A stretch of 64,000 bases of DNA from a bacterium (GTDB lineage: Bacteria; Patescibacteriota; Minisyncoccia; UBA6257; UBA9933), in NCBI GenBank assembly GCA_021796335.1, contig JAJYHZ010000002.1, positions 29,728 through 93,727 on the forward strand. The letters run 5' to 3'. Both the position numbers and the translations under genes were made by a program. Positions 30,718-41,860 of the stretch are shown one piece after another (within the stretch, counting starts at the first letter, position 1; each line of letters opens with the position of its first letter). Below the pieces are notes generated by a model. It was not told the DNA's origin, did not search any database, and saw only the letters and a program-made list of their open reading frames with translations.

Positions 30718-31914
30718 CTAGTCGTTAGATGAGGGATTTATCTTTTGGATAAATCCGTAGATTTCTTCGGGCGAGTAAAAACTGATAATGATTTCGCCGC
30801 CTTCGCCTTTTTTCTGAATCTTTACCGGAGCGCCAAGAGCTTCTTTCAGTTTTTCTTCAATATGCTTAATTTCATATTCATCGCTGGAAGCGCCAAAAGA
30901 TTTTTCAACGGAACTCTTCGCTTTCTGGATGCGATGGCGAAGCTGGCGCACAGTCAGATTATTAGCAAGAATATCCTGAAACAACTGTTTTTGAACGGCG
31001 GGATTGGTCATTGTTAAAAGCAAACGCGCCTGGCTTTCGTTGATTTGGTTTTTGGAAACCGCATTTTGAACTTCAGTCGGCAAATTTAAAAGACGCAGCG
31101 TATTGCTGACTGCTTCGCGGCTTTTGCCCAAGCGACCGGCGATTTCCCTCTGAGTCAGTCCAAATTCATCCTGCAAGCGGGAGTAAGCGCGGGCGGTTTC
31201 GATCATATCCAGATCGGATCGCTGCAGATTTTCGATAATCGCCAATTCAAGCTGCTCTGTTTTTTCTCCGCCCATTTTGCGGATAATCACCGGCACTCTC
31301 TCAAGGCCCACCAGCTTGGCGGCGCGCAGTCTTCTTTCTCCGGCGATAAGCTGGTATTCCACTTCAGTTCCCATTTCGGTATCTTTTTCTATTTTGGAAA
31401 CAACCAATGGCTGAAGAATTCCGTATTCACGGATTGAGTTGGCAAGTTCTTGCAGAGCCTCTTCGTTAAAATTTTTCCTAGGCTGAAAAGGGTTGGGCTT
31501 TATTTTCTCAACTTCGATATGGAAAATGGCGTCATTTAAGAACTTTTTCGCGTTATGCGGTTTGTGATAGCCGCCGTATTCCTCCGAAGCATCTTGATTT
31601 GCTGTTGAATTTTTTAGCCGAGAATCATCGGAAAAATTTTGTATGCTATCAGTACTGATAGCGGAAGATTTCGGCGCGCTTAAAATTTGAGCCGATTCCG
31701 CGAATCCGGAAATTTCTTTTGGTTTCGGAGGAGCTGAAATTTCCGCCGGCTCTTCCGGCGCGTTAACTTCGGGAACATTGCGAAACTTATCGGAAATGAC
31801 TTTACCGATCGGAGTAAGCTCCGGATTTTCTTTTTCCGGTTCGGCGTTGTTTAATTCGCCGTTATTATCCGGTTTTTTCGGCGGTATTAAAGAATTCAAA
31901 CCCTGACCTAACAT
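30718..31914 (-). CDS. parB: ParB/Spo0J partition protein with long disordered N-terminal linker
   Basis: LGQGLNSLIP, PNPFQPRKNF, LIAGERRLRA, IENLQRSDL, HTH. Confidence 0.95.
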   Translation of the reverse strand: MLGQGLNSLIPPKKPDNNGELNNAEPEKENPELTPIGKVISDKFRNVPEVNAPEEPAEISAPPKPKEISGFAESAQILSAPKSSAISTDSIQNFSDDSRLKNSTANQDASEEYGGYHKPHNAKKFLNDAIFHIEVEKIKPNPFQPRKNFNEEALQELANSIREYGILQPLVVSKIEKDTEMGTEVEYQLIAGERRLRAAKLVGLERVPVIIRKMGGEKTEQLELAIIENLQRSDLDMIETARAYSRLQDEFGLTQREIAGRLGKSREAVSNTLRLLNLPTEVQNAVSKNQINESQARLLLTMTNPAVQKQLFQDILANNLTVRQLRHRIQKAKSSVEKSFGASSDEYEIKHIEEKLKEALGAPVKIQKKGEGGEIIISFYSPEEIYGFIQKINPSSND

Positions 31915-31985
31915 AGGGAAATTATATAACAAAAATTCGGGAAAATGTATAATTTTGACTTAAAACAAAACCCAAAATAATTTCA

Positions 31986-32014
31986 TTGACAATAAAGTTA
32001 ATATATGTTATGAT
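31986..32014 (+). promoter_or_regulatory. Sigma70 promoter
   Basis: TTGACA-17-TATGAT with extended TG. Confidence 0.7.
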
Positions 32015-32085
32015 AGTAAATCTTAACCAGAATTTTATTCTGTTTAAGAAGTTCTTAAAAATATAAAGAGAGTGAGGTGATATGA

Positions 32086-32622
32086 ATGAAGATTCTCATA
32101 ACCGGCGTCGGATCAACCGGCAAGAGCACGCTTCGCAGACTTCTTGTAAAAGCGTGCCGGTCTATTGGAATCCGTACTGAGCATTATGACGCGGATGATT
32201 TTCAAAAACCGCGTTGCAGTGAGGACGCGGATTCCAGACGACCGGAATCATTTCGGGATGACGTCCTCTATATTATCGAGGACGTAAGAGGACCCGTACC
32301 AGGAAAAGCATTCCTTCCGATATCGGATTACGACGGCATTATTTATGTTATGCCTGGGCCGATATCAAATTTGATGTTTTGGTTACCGCGCGCCTGGCGC
32401 TGGTACCAAAAAGGAAAATTTGATTGGGACAGGAATACTGGATGGAGAGGGATCCAAAAGTCCTATGATGTCCGGAATATTGCCCCAATTATGAAAAGGC
32501 TCGCCAGGTATATGAGGCGCAGGAAAGAGTGGATAAAAGAAGACCTGGTGGCTATTTCAGGCAAACCTCACCTCATAATAAAATCCGTCTGGTCTCCGAA
32601 AGGAATCAGATGGAAAATATAA
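32086..32622 (+). CDS. P-loop NTPase (adenylate kinase / FlaR-like)
   Basis: ILITGVGSTGKST; SD GAGGTG. Confidence 0.7.
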   Translation: MKILITGVGSTGKSTLRRLLVKACRSIGIRTEHYDADDFQKPRCSEDADSRRPESFRDDVLYIIEDVRGPVPGKAFLPISDYDGIIYVMPGPISNLMFWLPRAWRWYQKGKFDWDRNTGWRGIQKSYDVRNIAPIMKRLARYMRRRKEWIKEDLVAISGKPHLIIKSVWSPKGIRWKI

Positions 32623-32637
32623 CGCCGTTCCAAAGAA

Positions 32638-33600
32638 TCAAAGGGATGGCGTTTTCTTTTTGTATTGATTGATTAAATTTATAAGTTTTGTTGCGGAATC
32701 CCATGCGAATTTTTCATCTTTGGAGTTATGGGTCACATAAATATAGCGCAAAGCAAAGGATATGCCCCTTTCCAAAACCGCAAATTTAACGGCATCCATC
32801 AGATAATTTTTATCAGTCTGACTTAATTTCCTTTTGCTTTCATAACCTTGCAATAAAGCTTTGAAATTTTCACTGCTCCATTTTTTCCAATCGTCTTTAA
32901 AACACCAGCCGCGAATGGCCTGCCCTAAATCGAGAATCAATTTTCCGTAATAAGATCTGTCGAAGTCCAAAACCGCAATTATTTTATTTTTGTCCCAGAT
33001 AGCGTGACGTTTTCCCAAATCTTCATGTATAGTTCCTGAAGGAAGGTCGGCGGGAAAATTTAATTCTGACAATTCTTTCTCAATTATTCGAATAAATTCT
33101 TTTTTATTTTTGAAATCGCTTTTTGAAATGGCCTTTTTATCTTCTTTGAAATATTTTTTGGTTTGGTTTAAATCCCAAATATGTTCTCTTTTGTGCTTGG
33201 TCTTGTAATTTTCTATCAAATTATGAAATACGCCGATTAATTTTCCGAATTCTTTTATTTCCCTTGGAGTTGGATTCAATTTTTCTTTTCCTTTTGAGAA
33301 TTTTCGGATATAGCCGTAATGATTTTTACAGGAAATCACTTTTTGCCCGTTTCTTGCGGAAACGGGAATTGAAGCGGGAAATTTATGCTTTTTGAGGTAT
33401 TCCAACAATTCTATCTCGGCCAGAATTTCGTTTTTTGACCGCCACCTTGGACCATTTGGACAAAGCCTGAAGAAAAAATTATCTTTGTCGGTTTGAACAG
33501 TATAGGCAATATTCCCGCTGGTTTTAAGGGGTTTAACGGATTTGATTTTCCCAAGATTGAATTTTTTAAGAATTTTATTCAGTTCTTTTTCGGGAATCAT
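32638..33600 (-). CDS. APH/choline-kinase-fold phosphotransferase (type II homoserine kinase-like)
   Basis: LPSGTIHEDL, VLDFD, LLQGYESKRKLS. Confidence 0.75.
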   Translation of the reverse strand: MIPEKELNKILKKFNLGKIKSVKPLKTSGNIAYTVQTDKDNFFFRLCPNGPRWRSKNEILAEIELLEYLKKHKFPASIPVSARNGQKVISCKNHYGYIRKFSKGKEKLNPTPREIKEFGKLIGVFHNLIENYKTKHKREHIWDLNQTKKYFKEDKKAISKSDFKNKKEFIRIIEKELSELNFPADLPSGTIHEDLGKRHAIWDKNKIIAVLDFDRSYYGKLILDLGQAIRGWCFKDDWKKWSSENFKALLQGYESKRKLSQTDKNYLMDAVKFAVLERGISFALRYIYVTHNSKDEKFAWDSATKLINLINQYKKKTPSL

Positions 33601-33627
33601 TATTTTGGAGATTACACAAAATTAGAT

Positions 33628-34395
33628 TTAGAGATTTTCTCGGGCGAGGATTTCTCTCGCCAGTTGTTCGTACGCCTTGGCGCCGTCAGAAATCGGGTCA
33701 TGCAAAACCGCCGGGCGACCGAAGCTTGGCGCCTCGGCCAGAGAAGCGGAACGCGGGATCATTGTTTCGAAAATATGATACGGGAAGCTGGCTTTTAACT
33801 GCTCGGCAAGTTCTTGGGACAATTTTTCGTTTTCGTCGTACATAGTGATAACTGCGCCGGCAATGTTCAAATTGCTCGACAAATTGTTTTTAATCATATC
33901 GACGACTTCCAGAAGCTGATTCAATCCCTCCAAACTCAGGTAGTGCGACTGGATAGGAATCAAAACCTCGTCGGCAGCAATTAAACCATTAACAGTCAGC
34001 AAGCTTAGTGACGGCGGCAGATCAATTAAAATATAATCATATTGTTCGCGGATTCGGTCAATTAATTTTTTCAATTGGAATTCTCTTTCGTTAACTTCAA
34101 CTAACTCAATTAATGCCCCGGCCAAATGTTGGCTGGCCGGAAGCAGATGATAATTATACAAAGAAGTCGGTTTAATCAGTTTTTCAACTTCAGTTAAATT
34201 AAAAATTCCATGATAGACGCTTTCAAAATTATCTTTTGCCGGATAGCCTAAAGCGGAGCTGGCGTTGGCCTGCGGATCAAAATCAACCACTAAAACTTTT
34301 TTGCCGGCCAAAGCCAAATAAGCCGCCAGATTTACCGCAGTTGTGGTTTTTGCAACTCCTCCCTTTTGATTGTAAACAGCAATAACTCGGGACAT
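33628..34395 (-). CDS. parA: ParA/Soj ATPase
   Basis: NQKGGVAKTTT, DFDPQANAS, DLPPSL, LAEAPSFG. Confidence 0.95.
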   Translation of the reverse strand: MSRVIAVYNQKGGVAKTTTAVNLAAYLALAGKKVLVVDFDPQANASSALGYPAKDNFESVYHGIFNLTEVEKLIKPTSLYNYHLLPASQHLAGALIELVEVNEREFQLKKLIDRIREQYDYILIDLPPSLSLLTVNGLIAADEVLIPIQSHYLSLEGLNQLLEVVDMIKNNLSSNLNIAGAVITMYDENEKLSQELAEQLKASFPYHIFETMIPRSASLAEAPSFGRPAVLHDPISDGAKAYEQLAREILARENL

Positions 34396-34548
34396 AAAAT
34401 ATAATTCAGAATATAGGATAATAGAATTTAGGGTTATTAGGAAAATGATAAATTATTTTGAAAAAAGAGAAAAGGGCTCAATTTGACTTTTGTTTTAAAA
34501 TAACCAGAATTTAATCAGTACTAAATAGAAAAATAAAGGGGGGATATT

Positions 34549-34701
34549 ATGACATTATTTGAATCTTGCAACAATAAGTCTTGCCTGAAGCTGCCGAAAA
34601 ACGAAGAAAAATATGGGAGGAGATGGACCGATAAGGTGGAGATTGCCTTTTGGGCGATTATAATTATAGCCGCCATTAGTTTGCTTTGGCAGACGCTATA
34701 A
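34549..34701 (+). CDS. Small 50-aa membrane protein (not in ORF track)
   Basis: SD AAGGGGGG; MTLFESCNNK...IAFWAIIIIAAISLLWQTL*. Confidence 0.55.
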   Translation: MTLFESCNNKSCLKLPKNEEKYGRRWTDKVEIAFWAIIIIAAISLLWQTL

Positions 34702-34920
34702 TTTTCGGTTGATCAATTTAAAGGGAGCTTGGCTCCCTTTTTTTACAAAAAATCCCCTTCTTTAAGAAGGGGGTGGGGAGAAGGATAGCCTTTCGGCTAT
34801 AGTTTAAATAATAAGGCGCGCTTTGTTTCAGTCCTTCTCCCCGCTTGATGAAAATAAATTTTAAATTTACTGATTTTAATAATAAAACAATTCGGGATAA
34901 AATGCAAATTAAATAAATCT

Positions 34921-35679
34921 TTACAGAGTCCACCTGGAAGTGGAAAAAATAAAAATAATCGCGATTACCAGGATGGCAATGTTGTTAAGGATAATCTGTC
35001 TGTTAAGGCTGCCTTTTGTGTGATGGAAAATCAAATCTTCTAAAATAAAAATAAAAAGTATCATCAGGGCGGCGGAATCGAGAAATCCCAAAGGAAGCAT
35101 AACAATAACGCTCATAATTTCCATAATTAAAAAAGCGGCACCGATTTCAATCAACGATTTTCTTTTTTCCGGAAATTCGGGGGCTGTAAAATCCAAAGAT
35201 TCCTGCAATAGAAATTTAAAAGCTAAAAAAGTTCCAAGAAAAATCAGAAAAAAACCAAGCGCGTTTGATTTGTCCGCCACAAAAAAAACAACGGAAATTA
35301 AAAAGTATAAAATTCCGGTAAAAAAATTGAAAAGTCCCCGACGACGGTTTATAAAAACGATTTTTTTAACGCTTAAAAGTATGATGAATAAAATTCCATA
35401 AGATATTCCTCCGAAGATAATCAGGGCGGAATTAGTAAGATAAGCGGTAACAATCAACGCATAAACCGTTAAAATAAGAAAAGATAAAATAAATTCTTTC
35501 CACTGAAAAAGCGAATAAAAATAAAAAGAAAAAGAAATAATCAGAAAAACAGAGGGCCAGAAAATCCCCCCGTTTTGAGCCGCCATTATTAAAAGGACGG
35601 CCGAAACAACACCCTTAAGAATTAGCGGCAATAATGCTGATATTTGAGTCCTTGAAGCTAATTTTAATTTTTCGAGCAT
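34921..35679 (-). CDS. Polytopic membrane protein
   Basis: About 8 hydrophobic segments; overlaps the clpB end. Confidence 0.7.
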   Translation of the reverse strand: MLEKLKLASRTQISALLPLILKGVVSAVLLIMAAQNGGIFWPSVFLIISFSFYFYSLFQWKEFILSFLILTVYALIVTAYLTNSALIIFGGISYGILFIILLSVKKIVFINRRRGLFNFFTGILYFLISVVFFVADKSNALGFFLIFLGTFLAFKFLLQESLDFTAPEFPEKRKSLIEIGAAFLIMEIMSVIVMLPLGFLDSAALMILFIFILEDLIFHHTKGSLNRQIILNNIAILVIAIIFIFSTSRWTL

Positions 35680-38281
35680 TGGTAAAATCTCCCCTGATCA
35701 GCCTGTCCGCAAGCGGATCTAATATGGCTTTCTGAATCAGTCTTCTGACTGGTCTGGCTCCGAAATCCGGATCAAAACCGGCATCGGCGACATATTTTTT
35801 AACCGAATTATCGACTACGATATTAAGGTTACGCGCTTTTAATCTTTCTTTCAATTCTTCCAGTTGAATATCAACTATTTTTTCAATTTCTTTTCTCGAG
35901 AGCGGATTGAAAATTATAATATCATCCAAACGGTTAAGAAACTCCGGCCTGAATGTTTCTTTCAGATTTTCCCAAACTTGATCTTTAAAATTCCGGGATT
36001 TTTCATTTTTAATTTTGTCTTCTTCTTTGGAACTCGGCAGTTCGAAACCGATTTTGGATATTTCCGTAAAATACTGGCTGCCAACGTTGGAAGTTAAAAT
36101 TATAATCGTGTTTCTGAAGTTGACGGATTTACCTTTGCTGTCGGTTAATTTTCCATTATCCAAAACCTGAAGCAAAATATTGAAAACATCCGGATGCGCT
36201 TTCTCTATCTCGTCGAAAAGAATCAGGCTGTACGGCCTGTGGCGTATGGCTTCGGACAATTTCCCGCCTTCTTCATAGCCGACATATCCCGGAGGCGCAC
36301 CAATCAGTCGGGCAACGGAATGACGCTCCATATATTCGGACATATCCACGCGAATCATGGATTTTTCATCGTCAAACATAAATTCAGCCAAAGCACGGGC
36401 AAGTTCGGTTTTACCGACGCCGGTCGGACCGAGAAACATAAACGATCCCAAAGGTCTGTTTTCGTCGGATAATCCGGCGCGGGCGCGGCGCAAGGCGTTG
36501 GCAACGGATTTAACCGCTTCTTCCTGGCCGACAACACGTCTGGATAAAACTTCCTCGAGTTGGGTAAGTTTCTGAGTTTCAGACTCAAGCATTTTAGACA
36601 TCGGAACGCCGGTCCAACGTGAAACGACTTCGGCGACATCCTCTTCATCAACCGCTTCTTTTATAAAGCGGTCATTTTTTTTGTTTTTTCCGTTTTTAAC
36701 GGTTTTTCTTTCGATATATTTTTTTTCGAAAACTTTCAGATTTTTTTCCGCTTGAGGCAATTCGCCGTAATGGATTTTGGCGACTTTTTCCAGATTGCCT
36801 TCGCGTTCAGCCAATTCGGCCTGGCGTTTCAAATCTTCAATGTGTTTTTTAAGACTGTGAAATTCTTCGAAGGTCAATTTTTCGGCATGCCATTTTGAAG
36901 AAAGGCCGTCGTTTTGCTCTTTTAATTTACTCAATTCTTTTTCAATCGCTTTAAGCCGATCTTTCGATTTTTCTCCTTCGCTGGAAATGGCGGATTTTTC
37001 GATTTCCAATCTTATGATTTCATGGCGGATTTTGTCGATTTCTTTCGGCAAGCTTTCGGTTTCCAGCCGGCGGGCGGCCGCGGCTTCGTCAATTAAATCG
37101 ATCGCCTTATCCGGCAAAAATCTGTCGGTTAAATATCTAGAGGAAAGATTGACGGCGGAGATAATTGCTTCATCGCTGATGCGAATTCCATGGTGAAGTT
37201 CGTATTTTTCTTTTAATCCCCGAAGAATGGCAATGCTGTCTTCCGGAGTCGGCTCTTCTACCATAATAGGCTGAAAGCGACGTTCAAGCGCCATGTCTTT
37301 TTCAATATATCTTTGATATTCGGAAATCGTCGTGGCGCCTATGGCATGCAATTCGCCACGAGCCAAGGGCGGTTTCAATAAATTGGAAGCGTCAATGGCG
37401 CCTTCGGCGGCGCCGGCTCCGACAATCATATGAATTTCATCGATGAATAAAATTATCCGGCCGGCGGAGTTTTGGACTTCACGGATAAAAGCTTTCAAGC
37501 GGTCTTCAAATTCGCCGCGGAACTTCGTTCCGGCGATTAAAGAGCCCAAATCGAGCATTATAATTTCTTTTCCCTTCAATGGTTCGGGGACATCATTGGA
37601 AATAATTCTTTGAGCCAAACCTTCGACGACTGCGGTTTTACCCACGCCGGGTTCTCCTATTAAAACCGGATTGTTTTTTGTGCGGCGGCTTAAAACCTGA
37701 ATAACTCGGCGGAGTTCTTCGTCCCGACCGATGACCGGATCAAGTTTCCCCTGTCTGGCCATGTCGGTCAAGTTAATCGCATATTTTTCAAGAACCTGGA
37801 ATTTTGATTCCGGCGTTTCGTCGGTAACGCGCATCGAACCGCGCAACTGGGCAAGAATTCTGAAAGCCGTTTCTTTTTTTAGGCCGAATTCGAGCAAAAG
37901 ATGAGAAGCCTTGGACGCTTCATAATCCAAAATCGCCAGAAGCATGTGCTCGCATGAAACATATTCGTCTTTTTGCTGCTGGGCAATTTTACCGGCCCTG
38001 TCTAAAACAGCCATCAACTCCTGGGAAAGATAAAGTTGCGGAGTGCTGACCGACAATATTTTCGGTTCTTTTTCCAGTTCTTTAAAAATGGCATTGCGTA
38101 AATTTTCAATATTAATTCCGGCTTTTGCGAGCAATGGCCTGATAAGCGTGTTTTCGTCTTCAATTAAGGCGGCTAAAAGATGTAAAGCTTTAAGTTCGCC
38201 CTGGTTTTCCCGAGCAGCAATATCCTGCGCATTTTGCAGAGCTTCCTGCGCTTTTATCGTAAAACGATTGAAATTATTCAT
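35615..38281 (-). CDS. clpB: ATP-dependent chaperone ClpB
   Basis: Two AAA+ domains ([16 protein letters not shown]), coiled-coil middle domain. Confidence 0.93.
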   Translation of the reverse strand: MNNFNRFTIKAQEALQNAQDIAARENQGELKALHLLAALIEDENTLIRPLLAKAGINIENLRNAIFKELEKEPKILSVSTPQLYLSQELMAVLDRAGKIAQQQKDEYVSCEHMLLAILDYEASKASHLLLEFGLKKETAFRILAQLRGSMRVTDETPESKFQVLEKYAINLTDMARQGKLDPVIGRDEELRRVIQVLSRRTKNNPVLIGEPGVGKTAVVEGLAQRIISNDVPEPLKGKEIIMLDLGSLIAGTKFRGEFEDRLKAFIREVQNSAGRIILFIDEIHMIVGAGAAEGAIDASNLLKPPLARGELHAIGATTISEYQRYIEKDMALERRFQPIMVEEPTPEDSIAILRGLKEKYELHHGIRISDEAIISAVNLSSRYLTDRFLPDKAIDLIDEAAAARRLETESLPKEIDKIRHEIIRLEIEKSAISSEGEKSKDRLKAIEKELSKLKEQNDGLSSKWHAEKLTFEEFHSLKKHIEDLKRQAELAEREGNLEKVAKIHYGELPQAEKNLKVFEKKYIERKTVKNGKNKKNDRFIKEAVDEEDVAEVVSRWTGVPMSKMLESETQKLTQLEEVLSRRVVGQEEAVKSVANALRRARAGLSDENRPLGSFMFLGPTGVGKTELARALAEFMFDDEKSMIRVDMSEYMERHSVARLIGAPPGYVGYEEGGKLSEAIRHRPYSLILFDEIEKAHPDVFNILLQVLDNGKLTDSKGKSVNFRNTIIILTSNVGSQYFTEISKIGFELPSSKEEDKIKNEKSRNFKDQVWENLKETFRPEFLNRLDDIIIFNPLSRKEIEKIVDIQLEELKERLKARNLNIVVDNSVKKYVADAGFDPDFGARPVRRLIQKAILDPLADRLIRGDFTNARKIKISFKDSNISIIAANS

Positions 38282-38432
38282 GATACCATAATACCGATCT
38301 ACGAATTTATGCGAATTTACTAATAATACAAATCCGTATTATTTGTTTTATTCGCAATTATTCGCATATTGGCATTATTATTTTTCCAAGTGTTAACTTA
38401 ATTTTAATTATGACATTGAAAAGGCTCTTTTT

Positions 38433-39683
38433 TCAAGGATTGGCCGGCCTCTGTTCTAAAGTAATTTTTATATCCATCGTTTTTCCGTTTCGCAAAATTT
38501 TCAAATCAACGGCATCGCCGACATTGTAATTCTGAATGACGGCCGATAAAGAATTGTTCTGATCGATTGCCTGGCCGTTTATTTGCGTGATAATATCGCC
38601 ATCTTTAATGCCGGCCTTATCAGCGGGAGAGCCGGAAATAACAGCCGGACCATCCGAACCTCCGTGGACCCAGGCACCGCTATTCACCGGCAATTTATTC
38701 TGAGATGCCAAATCAGAAGTAATACTTAAATATCTGACTCCGAGATACGGAACAACAATGGTTCCGGTTTTTTTGACGGAGTCGATGGCGCGTTTAACTT
38801 GATTTATCGGAATCGCAAAACCGATGTTCTGCGCTCCGGACACCATAGCGACGTTAACGCCGATAACCTGACCGTTAAGATTCAAAAGCGGACCGCCGGA
38901 ATTCCCTTCGTTAATGGCAGCATCGGTTTGCATAACTCCTTCAATAGTTTCGGATGCGCCGTTACTGCCCGAAGCGGTGATAGTTCTTGATAATCCCGAG
39001 ACGACACCAACCGAAACAGTATTGCGAAATTCTCCCAAAGCATTGCCAATCGCAATGGTAGTTTGACCGAGTTTTACATCATTAGAATTCCCAAGAGGCA
39101 AAACCGGCAAATTTTTTGCATTGATTTTAACGATTGCCAAGTCCAAAACAGGATCCTGCGCGATTACTTTGGCATCGTATTTTTTCCCGTCATTGGTCAA
39201 AACCGTATAAGAAGCGGCATTGTCGCTCACAACGTGCTTGTTAGTCAGAATCATTCCGTCGTTTGAAATTATAAATCCGGATCCGCCGCCAACTTCCTGT
39301 TTTTGAGTACCTTTTTGGCAGGGCTGATAAAACTGGGTTCCGGAACCGAAGAGCTGCTGCAACCCCTGAGGCAAGTCGGAAAACGGATTATACGGACATT
39401 GTTCGACGATGGGAACATCTTTTGAAATTATGATGGATACAACCGAGGGCGAACTTGTTTGAACGGCGTTAATGACCGCTTGTTCATAACTTGATGGCGA
39501 TTGATAAGCCGAATCGGCTGAATTTTGAGTTGCCGCGGTTTGATGTGTGCTGATTATGTCATCATAAAGACTTTGAAATACATTTGATTTGGCCCAGGAA
39601 ATCGAAATGACGGACCCTATAACACCGCCTGCAAAAGCGGCCAATATAATTACAATTATAATTTTTTTATTGAAATTATTCAT
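38433..39683 (-). CDS. htrA: HtrA/DegP serine protease with PDZ domain
   Basis: GSGFII, TNKHVV, GNSGGPL, PDZ. Confidence 0.92.
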   Translation of the reverse strand: MNNFNKKIIIVIILAAFAGGVIGSVISISWAKSNVFQSLYDDIISTHQTAATQNSADSAYQSPSSYEQAVINAVQTSSPSVVSIIISKDVPIVEQCPYNPFSDLPQGLQQLFGSGTQFYQPCQKGTQKQEVGGGSGFIISNDGMILTNKHVVSDNAASYTVLTNDGKKYDAKVIAQDPVLDLAIVKINAKNLPVLPLGNSNDVKLGQTTIAIGNALGEFRNTVSVGVVSGLSRTITASGSNGASETIEGVMQTDAAINEGNSGGPLLNLNGQVIGVNVAMVSGAQNIGFAIPINQVKRAIDSVKKTGTIVVPYLGVRYLSITSDLASQNKLPVNSGAWVHGGSDGPAVISGSPADKAGIKDGDIITQINGQAIDQNNSLSAVIQNYNVGDAVDLKILRNGKTMDIKITLEQRPANP

Positions 39684-39962
39684 GATTTACAAATTTTCAC
39701 AAATAAGAAACAAATAATCACTAATCGTGAAAAATCATCTGTGATTTGTGATAATTCGTAAGTTATTCGGAAAAAATAACGAAGCTGCCAAAAAATAAGA
39801 TTATGCTCTTTATTTATATATACGCGCCAGAAGCCGTTTTAGTTGCAATCAAATTCAAGTGTTTTTCTATTTAATTATAACACTGAAAACTACTTACGGG
39901 CAAAAGAATAAAATTTAGAATTTAAAAACATGAGTCTCAAAAGACTGGCATAACAGCCTTTC

Positions 39963-40541
39963 TTATTTTAAAGAGCTAATAATTTTATCCCACCTCCTTT
40001 TGTGTGCTCTTTTTTCCTTTTTGGTCATTGAATTTGTTAAAGAAAAAATGGACTGAACCACTTTTATCGCTTTTGTGTTTTGCTTATGATTATTTGAAAA
40101 TTTTATTGCAACATTCTCCCATTCTTGAAGATGATTTTTTTTAATTTTTTCTCCGAGTAATTTTCTCACGTGATTAATGAATTTCTCACTACTTTTAAAT
40201 TGGCTATAGTCATAACAAAAATTTCCATTATAGCGAAGATTGCTTATAGAAATAATATATAAAGAGCCGGGAATTTTATTTTGATATTCTTTCCTCAAAG
40301 ACTTAAATATATTACTAAAATCATGATTTAAATCATGCAATCGTTTCTGAAAATCTCTCTCACTCTCAAAGATTTGATCCTTTGCCCAAAGACACTTTAA
40401 ATATTTTTCAGCACTTTGTTGGAGCATCCATAACGATTGAGCAATTAGACCAGTATTCCACAAAATGCGCGCAGCAACTAAATCTGCCATTGCAATTTTT
40501 TGTATTGTACGCAATTCAATGTTTAGATTAAATTCTGTCAT
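39963..40541 (-). CDS. HEPN domain protein
   Basis: DLVAARIL...QQSAEKYLK...HD motif. Confidence 0.65.
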   Translation of the reverse strand: MTEFNLNIELRTIQKIAMADLVAARILWNTGLIAQSLWMLQQSAEKYLKCLWAKDQIFESERDFQKRLHDLNHDFSNIFKSLRKEYQNKIPGSLYIISISNLRYNGNFCYDYSQFKSSEKFINHVRKLLGEKIKKNHLQEWENVAIKFSNNHKQNTKAIKVVQSIFSLTNSMTKKEKRAHKRRWDKIISSLK

Positions 40542-41814
40542 TATTTTTCAAAATCTTTGAAATTATTTTTAAAGACTTTTTTATTTCTTCTCCGGTTGTA
40601 AATTTTCCGAAACTGAAACGCAAACTGGAACAAATCCGCTTTTCCGACAAGCCCATCGCTTGAAAAACATGAGATTTTTTGGCGCTAAAAGCGGCGCAAG
40701 CCGAACCGCTTGAAACTGCGATACCGTTTAAATCCAGTTTAATTAATAAATTATTGGCTTCAAAATCCGGGAAATAAATATTTAAAATATTCGGGACAGC
40801 GTTTAGTTCGCCGCGGCGGACAGGATTTAAGAAGGGATTAAAACCATTAATCTGCGCGGCGGGATAAATTTTTTTCAGATTTTTCCAAAAATAACCGGAT
40901 AATTGATGAATTCGTTTAAATTCTTTTTCGCGATTTTTTTGCACCAGTTCAACAGCCTTTGCAAACCCGACAATATACGGAACATTTTCCGTGCCGGAAC
41001 GCAAGCCGAATTCCTGGCCGCCGCCAGTAATAACGGGATTCAGAATACAGGATATAGGATTCAGGGATTTTACGTGAAGGAGCCCGATTCCCTTGGGACC
41101 GTAAATTTTATGGGCCGACAAGGTCATCATATCCACTCCCAATTCTTGCGGATTGCAATTTAAAAATTGAAATGCCTGAACAGCGTCCGTATGGAATAAC
41201 GGGCGGGATATAGGATTTATGATATAGGATTTAGAGTTCTTTTTTGAATTTTTGCTATCCGCCGACTGGCGGACTAAATTCTTAACTCTAAATTCTTGTA
41301 TTATTTCAAAAACTTTAGAAATCGGTTGAACAACTCCGGTTTCGTTATTCGCATACATTATTGAAACCAGAATTGTATTCTCATTTAAATTTTCTTTTAA
41401 CTTTTTTAGATCAACAATTCCATATTTATTAACGGGCAAATAAATTACTTCAATTCCGTCATCTTCCAGATCCCGCGCCGTACTTAAAACTGATTCATGT
41501 TCGACTGCCGAAACAATAATCCGCGGTCTGGGAGTTTTATTTTTAAACGTTTTAACAATTCCGCGAATTGCCAAGTTATTCGCCTCGGTTGCCGAACCGT
41601 TAAAAATTATTTCGCGAAAATCACCTCCAATCGTTTCGGCAATTTTTTCGCGGGATTCATCTACGGCCTTTCTGGCTTGCTGGCCAAAAAAATGCAGTGA
41701 ATTCGGATTCCCGAATCTGCCGGCGGACGGACGGCTAAAATACGGGCTCATCGCTTTTTGGACTTCACTGTCAACCGGAGTTGACGCCGCGCAGTCAAAA
41801 TAAATTCGTTCCAT
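40528..41814 (-). CDS. iscS: Cysteine desulfurase (IscS/NifS) with repeat-derived insertions
   Basis: IYFDCAASTP, HTDAVQ, SAHKIYGPKG, SSGSAC. Confidence 0.92.
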   Translation of the reverse strand: MERIYFDCAASTPVDSEVQKAMSPYFSRPSAGRFGNPNSLHFFGQQARKAVDESREKIAETIGGDFREIIFNGSATEANNLAIRGIVKTFKNKTPRPRIIVSAVEHESVLSTARDLEDDGIEVIYLPVNKYGIVDLKKLKENLNENTILVSIMYANNETGVVQPISKVFEIIQEFRVKNLVRQSADSKNSKKNSKSYIINPISRPLFHTDAVQAFQFLNCNPQELGVDMMTLSAHKIYGPKGIGLLHVKSLNPISCILNPVITGGGQEFGLRSGTENVPYIVGFAKAVELVQKNREKEFKRIHQLSGYFWKNLKKIYPAAQINGFNPFLNPVRRGELNAVPNILNIYFPDFEANNLLIKLDLNGIAVSSGSACAAFSAKKSHVFQAMGLSEKRICSSLRFSFGKFTTGEEIKKSLKIISKILKNNDRI

Positions 41815-41860
41815 AGTTATTATTAAAACAAAAAGGCGGGCTTTAGCAACAACCCGCCGT

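Noticed and set aside
30718-34395. parS site near parA/parB
   Set aside because: No match to TGTTTCACGTGAAACA found by eye
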